A DNA stretch of 38,334 nucleotides from a virus (lineage: Duplodnaviria; Caudoviricetes): positions 1 through 38,334 of IMG/VR virus record IMGVR_UViG_3300031774_000056; one strand, 5' to 3'. This document shows positions 34,801-38,334 of the stretch, one piece after another. The translations under genes were made by a program, and so were the position numbers. Below the pieces are notes generated by a model, which was not told where the DNA came from, ran no database searches, and saw only the letters and a list, made by a program, of their open reading frames with translations. Each line of letters begins with the position of its first letter. Position 1 is the first letter of the stretch.

Positions 34801-37800
34801 AAGATTTAACTAAATATAATCCTAAATCCAAAGAATATCCTTTGTTAAAAGAAGCACTAGATAACGCTTTTGAAACCGGTGATTGGAGTAGCATACCTGA
34901 TTCGGATGTTAGATATTTTAACCCATATGTAAGTATTAATCCTAATACAAATTACCGTAATGATGTAACCTACGCAAAATATTATGATGTAGAAATACCA
35001 AAGAAATTACTGAAAAATGCTAACGCTGTACTAGCTCAAAAACAAGCTTTATATAGAATAACATCTAAGACTATGCGTCCGGCTAGTGCAAAAGCTCAAT
35101 TAACATTAAAACTTAAAATTGCTACAGCTAAAGAGTCTAGAGCTAGGGTTAATAGTAAAGTAGCTAGTCAAATTTTAAAACCAAATCAAACTACTCAAGA
35201 TCAAAAAAGAATAATGTTAACTTCTCTTGACACAAAAGTTAATGCTTTTAAAATAGATCCAGAACCTAAAGGTATAAGTGTTTTTGATTTTGATGATACA
35301 TTAGCTAAAACAAAAGAAAAAGTTATAGTTATTGATAAAAATGGTAAACGTAGTAAAATATCTGCTAGTCAATTTGCTGTTGACGCTGTCACACTTGAAA
35401 AACAAGGTGCTGAATTTGATTTTAGTAACTTTGAAGGAGTATCTAAAGGAACTAAAAAAGGTCCATTAGCAGATCTTGCTTTAAAAAGACAAGATAAGTT
35501 TGGTAGTAGTAATATATTTGTATTAACCGCTAGACCTCAAGTTGCTGCTACATCAATAAAAACATTTTTAGATGGTATAGGATTAAATATACCTTTAGAT
35601 AATATAACTGGTTTAGAAGATGGATCTGCTCAAGCTAAAGCAGATTGGGTTTTAAATAAAACAGCAGAAGGATTTAATGATTTTTATTTTGCTGATGATT
35701 CTTTTGCTAATGTTGCTGGTGTTAAAGCTGTGTTGGATGGAGTTGATGTTAAAAACAAAGTACATTTAGCTAAACAAAGTAAAGCTCGTAAATTAAATAA
35801 AGATTTTAATAAAATATTAGAAGAAGTAACTGGAACTAAAGCATATAAAAAATATTCTACAGTTAGAGCTAGATTAGAAGGAAAGAAAAAAGATGGAGGA
35901 CTTGGTAAAAGAGTTGCAAGACAATTTACGATAACCCCATCAGCTGATGATTTTGCTGGTTTAACATATGCTTTTAGAGGAGTAGGTGAACAAGGTAATA
36001 GACATCAAGCATGGATAGAGAAAAATCTTATAAAACCTTATAATAAAGCAGAACTTGAATTAATGACTGCTAAAATAACTCTTGCTAACGATTTTGCTGC
36101 TCTTAAAAAACAATTTCCTAGTCTAAAAACTAAAAGAAACATGGCTGGGATTAAAAGAAATCCTTTATTAGATCAAATAGGTGTTGGACCATATACTAAA
36201 TCACAAGCAGTAAGAGTATATATGTGGGCAAAGCAAGGTATGGATATTGAAGGTATGTCTAAAAGAGATGTTAATGCTTTGGTTAAAGCTGTTAAAGCAG
36301 ATAATGAATTACAAGTGTTTGCAGATGAGGTTATATTAATTATGAAAGACGGTAAATACCCACCACCATCAAAAAATTGGTTGGCTGGAGATATGAAGTC
36401 TGACATATTAAACGTTTTAGACAAAGGATTTAGACAAAAACTGATGGCTGAGTTTAATGAAAACGCAGATATTGTATTTAGTCCAGAAAATTTAAACAAA
36501 CTAGAAGCTTTATACGGTAGTACATATGTAGAGGCTTTACGTGATTCTTTAAGAAGAATGAAATCTGGTAGTAATAGACCAGTTTATCAAGGTGGAGGAT
36601 CACGTATGGTTAATGATATGCTTGACTGGCTTAACGCATCGGTTGGTGTTACAATGTTTATAAATCAAAAATCTGGATTACTTCAAACACTGTCTGCGGT
36701 AAATTTCATAAATTGGGGTGATAATAATATATATGCAGCTGCCAAAGCTTTTGCAAGTAAAGATTATTTCCCAACAGTATTAAAACTATTAAACTCTGAT
36801 TACTTAGTAAATAGACGTGATGGTTTAAAAATCAACGTAAATGAGGCTGAGTTAGTTGATGCTGGTAGACAAGGTGGTTTCCAAGGTATGGTAAGCTACT
36901 TGCTTGATAAAGGTTTTATTATTACTAGAATAATGGATAGTTTAGCTATCGCAAGTGGTGGAGCTACATTTTTTATAAATAGGAAAGCTGCAATGCAGAA
37001 AAGAGTTAATCCAGAAACTGGGAAATTATATACAGAATCAGAAGCTGACGCAAAAGCTTTTGAGGATTTTTATGCAATTGCAGAAGAAACTCAACAATCT
37101 AGTAATCCAAGTAAAATATCACAACAACAAGCTAGTATAGCTGGACGTGTTTTATTATCTTTCCAAAACGTTACAATGCAGTTTAATAGAAAGACTAAAA
37201 AATCTATATTAGATTTTGTTAAAAGACGTAGAAAACCAGGTATGACTCAACGTGAAAGTGATATGAGTAACCTTTCAAGCGTAATGTATTACGTTGGTAT
37301 GCAGAACTTAATATTCCACTCTTTACAACAAGCTTTATTTGGAATGTTATTTGAGGGAGATGAAGAAGAAGAGAAAGGAAGAGTAGCAAGTGTGGCAAAT
37401 AGCATGTTAGATTCTTTATTATATGGTCTTGGATTTGGTGGCGCAGGTATTGCTACAATTAAAAATCTTGTAATGAGAATGTACGATGAAACGCAAAAGA
37501 AATCTCCAGATTATGAAGATCCACTTTGGGATATATTTGATGTATCTCCAGTTATAGATAGTAAAATTAGAAAACTTAGACAAGCTGCTAAATCTTTTAG
37601 TTGGAACATGAAAGAAATAAAAAGAAGAGGTTGGAGTTTAGATAATCCTGCATATTTAGCTATTTCACAAATTATATCTGCGGCTTTTAATTTACCTATG
37701 GATCGTGTAATGACTCTAACAAACAATATGCGTAATGCAATGGATGAAAACACTAGAATGTGGCAAAAAATAGCTTTAGTTTTAGGTTGGTCTCCTTATA

Positions 37801-38033
37801 TTTTAGGTTTACCTTACTGGGGAAGACAAAGCACAATAGATCAAGAAGCAAAAGAAGACGAAAAATTAAAAGAAAATTATAAAAAATCAATTCAAGTAGT
37901 AAAAAAGAAAGGATTTACTAAAAAAATCCCATTATCAGGACCAAATCATTATAAGCCGACAGGGGTATATGGTGTTGATTATATGCAAGTAGAAAAACCT
38001 GACGGCACAATTCAATATTATGTAAAACCATGA
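28812..38033 (+). CDS. Giant internal virion (ejection) / polyvalent protein with HExxH metallopeptidase and HAD phosphatase domains
   Basis: 3073 aa; Gly/Ala hydrophobic helices near nt 30740-31320; GAHEFLH at 31992-32012; HAD motifs FDFDDT, VLTARP, K and FADDS at about 35271-35770. Confidence 0.8.
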   Translation: MTKQEYVASLIRQGNLSSQKMYEMTKAWEAENAEPEVEVEEVKTNDPAVNAETNAGSKKKSVSKSEDTSSELSEEEKAEIAAKAKERTKRINSLYLKYNEDGNQAVSEEEKTKWLDNNTKLHSNEEVQAIHDESSWTDWSLGLLPFYDSQAEIAEEMQQDEELQKFKYNQANKNYIQQSQEITADKNLSQEEKEKKLEEIKPPPLVEDVEQEVEVQDTGDQWKDASTTLSTKTDEELKTSPLFQTDGKFDPKKLEDYKNFIELNDYREQLSNTPMKIRGKDNTAFNMLYKKLTDKYGEPTTDEHGNELPPNMRPAYLGKHLDSLKVDITKDYDKLLDEDKELKKEEGFFDKEYYLQKISTKQANPEAVTTALSYLPQDFAGIESGEELDKIMKESYANFVKDDPILKAEWNSIQKAAQGRIKAYQDEILKTADLTTEEGVAAANSKLEAYAKKITLDIFENSDGYNKRIADLGLVMDNAMAKVNTAYERDQRPWYDVLSISDALRGGNTGIEGDDGIPFNNTLANLIESIGKGGVNLVSSGKKAWASVEAKGVRQVQREIDDINERYEKGEIDEKTRDQLLNSKRGGKGQFNSLIEELMEDKKDVEKLFDSIQDDEAYTNLFNTADLSDGISFQEAIFTTGEALPQIGLAVAGTLTGNPVMAGLGTAAMFTQMYGDNYWSAYQEGIQMDAKAMGIDLNALSPEERREFELNALNEGKHANMATSAAFAAVMTAAEQFGANKILKQTEKALGLGTGGLVSFYKGSWREGGEALLRGALNKAEAGATEFATEWAQEVLGQIGTGLQTTGRIGDQLDWGASLEAGKAGGVVGVMIPFAKAVSQQSAVEIRNVSRDVAIKFAPNSKYGKFAIESEKYFEAAQTNLNNKLKNNQLTKQQYQEESQNLSDVRNSRLKIDPNAGPDIRARQLDLMVERNQLTREIKKMDDPDLTVEQQERLNQVKTQLREVVAEQNLYNKSGQVRKMIQNAGKKDAQGNPMIEFRDVQTAKETQEVADQLEKEGYTKAATSAAHGVQMINEKTGKEVLLINNEVASGKGGFVGNVNVGAHEFLHSVLKKTLQNNPDAAIEMSNEMRGHFKKLLDSGKLDMNSEYALNLQQYMDKPPAEFAEEAMTLFADGLANGDIVLNESNLQKIKDVLRRLMQSLGIKNVEFNTGKDVVNFLKDYNKSVERGKLNRAQKKLLDKSAKGKLLTKESKDTKESKDTKPKKSKAAPKKPSKAQREDPYRDAKTKKEAKAIERRRRKKLKEWIDGDPKLEATFADWIGGTKYSKARETAGIPQAELDAMTPNQRRALEGYLPYEYRKIPGQGMEVVSQFVGKGEAVAALKKMMGQTRDGWMGMTKEKYSIARTKQTPLEAINDLIPSEIKTKDQFDTFMRDNKSAKAIADALMPGGVINNLIRSQETSREQGDKMIDEMYERIFNFNPEAKRTDGTTVGPKGFGEAIFANSRFAKMVANKALFQESEKKKQEKRQDDTTKQIVDKGEVLDLGPANEGYVLAQKPSKTTGLDSKTEDAITKAVNKTFKGEDIRFADTRNIPQEVADIYGKMFGINPETIVNKKRNFQTTDAEGLTKAKQFLLKNAKNDFDRLPKVQDDTGRGTFVPKNVKDALYTDGKLTGSLKDYMDLIREKPVKPIYRDRVGQTIRGLLGLHIRNRVLETAQPVQGKRIQSGAKFSIARKKLTGTKAINALLEEKGNVETNLERRVINNKDFVEDFENKSGLPIFITQKSSNFTNGKKAGGKGNDLVITEEQHNKPAQQKANKLAIAKGTSYSLRDASKKAAAKSDFEKKDQKYKDEKGKTKTRKVYVTSQINVVTGKPFTSQELKDIELVMGGKNLANIEKNLENEAALKRGQALIINIMAAQYKKLKSNPKTAAEADVLLQNYKELLYNSNLNSNMGRNMAATIGKEKGIGKGNKTEEHTYQAINFAYRTLEAISDITNPHYEANLKGWTKWAGNNYYQIILTKKTDKTLDQTYDKDIFDAGKDLTKYNPKSKEYPLLKEALDNAFETGDWSSIPDSDVRYFNPYVSINPNTNYRNDVTYAKYYDVEIPKKLLKNANAVLAQKQALYRITSKTMRPASAKAQLTLKLKIATAKESRARVNSKVASQILKPNQTTQDQKRIMLTSLDTKVNAFKIDPEPKGISVFDFDDTLAKTKEKVIVIDKNGKRSKISASQFAVDAVTLEKQGAEFDFSNFEGVSKGTKKGPLADLALKRQDKFGSSNIFVLTARPQVAATSIKTFLDGIGLNIPLDNITGLEDGSAQAKADWVLNKTAEGFNDFYFADDSFANVAGVKAVLDGVDVKNKVHLAKQSKARKLNKDFNKILEEVTGTKAYKKYSTVRARLEGKKKDGGLGKRVARQFTITPSADDFAGLTYAFRGVGEQGNRHQAWIEKNLIKPYNKAELELMTAKITLANDFAALKKQFPSLKTKRNMAGIKRNPLLDQIGVGPYTKSQAVRVYMWAKQGMDIEGMSKRDVNALVKAVKADNELQVFADEVILIMKDGKYPPPSKNWLAGDMKSDILNVLDKGFRQKLMAEFNENADIVFSPENLNKLEALYGSTYVEALRDSLRRMKSGSNRPVYQGGGSRMVNDMLDWLNASVGVTMFINQKSGLLQTLSAVNFINWGDNNIYAAAKAFASKDYFPTVLKLLNSDYLVNRRDGLKINVNEAELVDAGRQGGFQGMVSYLLDKGFIITRIMDSLAIASGGATFFINRKAAMQKRVNPETGKLYTESEADAKAFEDFYAIAEETQQSSNPSKISQQQASIAGRVLLSFQNVTMQFNRKTKKSILDFVKRRRKPGMTQRESDMSNLSSVMYYVGMQNLIFHSLQQALFGMLFEGDEEEEKGRVASVANSMLDSLLYGLGFGGAGIATIKNLVMRMYDETQKKSPDYEDPLWDIFDVSPVIDSKIRKLRQAAKSFSWNMKEIKRRGWSLDNPAYLAISQIISAAFNLPMDRVMTLTNNMRNAMDENTRMWQKIALVLGWSPYILGLPYWGRQSTIDQEAKEDEKLKENYKKSIQVVKKKGFTKKIPLSGPNHYKPTGVYGVDYMQVEKPDGTIQYYVKP
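32430..32471 (+). repeat. In-frame perfect 18-nt tandem duplication (TKESKD x2)
   Basis: acaaaagaatctaaagat twice, plus acaaaa. Confidence 0.9.
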
Positions 38034-38245
38034 AAAATTTAATTACAATATTATTTCTATCACTATGTTTAACAGCTAACTCGCAAGAAAGATGTGTAAC
38101 GGTTAAAGTAGAAAAAATCGAGGACTACCGAGTAAGAATTACTAAAACTGATACATGTAAAAATGTTGTTACAGTAACTACTATGTTAGAAAAAGACTGG
38201 AGATCTCGTAAAAAGAAAAGAAAAAACCGTAAAAAGAAAAACTAA
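38030..38245 (+). CDS. Small secreted protein (Sec signal peptide, basic tail)
   Basis: MKNLITILFLSLCLTANS|QERC...; two Cys in the mature part; C-terminal RSRKKKRKNRKKKN. Confidence 0.7.
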   Translation: MKNLITILFLSLCLTANSQERCVTVKVEKIEDYRVRITKTDTCKNVVTVTTMLEKDWRSRKKKRKNRKKKN

Positions 38246-38334
38246 ATGAAACAAATTTTACTTACTCTTTGTTTACTTATCACGTTTAATATAAGTGGAC
38301 AAGAAAAGAAAAAGTTATTTAAAGATTTTTTTAA
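38246..38334 (+). CDS. Secreted/envelope protein, 3'-truncated
   Basis: MKQILLTLCLLITFNISG|QEKKKLFKDFF..., open to the window end; ATG directly follows the previous stop. Confidence 0.7.
   Translation, partial: MKQILLTLCLLITFNISGQEKKKLFKDFF

Noticed and set aside
35283-35300. FDFDD in the giant protein as a crAss-like virion RNA polymerase DxDxD motif
   Set aside because: The motif is DFDDT (DxDxT), follows a hydrophobic strand, and is followed by HAD motifs II-IV. It fits a HAD phosphatase, not an RNA polymerase.
1670-37753. Minus-strand ORFs and short out-of-frame + ORFs in the track (e.g. 1670-1957, 8058-8471, 10908-11141, 11682-11888, 18953-19135, 36173-36499)
   Set aside because: They lie within or across well-supported + strand genes and have shadow-ORF composition with no recognisable motifs.
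1-38334. Alternative genetic code (TAG or TGA reassignment, as in some crAss-like phages)
   Set aside because: Standard code 11 already gives long, tightly packed, full-length genes. TAG ends groEL and the capsid gene at expected positions, and TGA is used in ATGA overlaps.

Overview
This AT-rich window is almost entirely coding on the + strand. It reads as the late (morphogenesis) region of a tailed dsDNA podovirus-type phage that probably infects Bacteroidota, most likely Flavobacteriia. Host evidence: no Shine-Dalgarno motifs, A-rich start regions, and signal peptides followed by Gln. Gene order: 3' part of a tail fibre; groEL-groES (reversed relative to bacteria) with a winged-helix gene; about nine small charged ORFs sharing an S-P-[L/F] motif; a small HExxH peptidase; a GTA-type holin; a tandem double-GroES-like protein; small and large terminase; portal; scaffold; major capsid; two head-tail ring proteins; a nozzle-like protein in two genes; a cupin; ejection proteins ending in a 3073-aa giant; two secreted proteins. 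Best leads: (1) the SP[L/F]-tagged small-protein array beside an HExxH peptidase, a candidate capsid-cargo targeting or processing system; (2) the giant protein, which holds an HExxH zincin and a complete HAD phosphatase, with five K-x-S-x-A-R motifs that look like polyprotein cleavage sites; (3) two compact H-type pseudoknots ahead of unstructured repeat leaders; (4) a four-copy intergenic ACnRGTRAYWMTA motif, a candidate late promoter; (5) a second, tandem co-chaperonin. All function calls come from reading motifs by eye; no database search was run. No tRNA, rRNA, CRISPR array or mobile element was seen.
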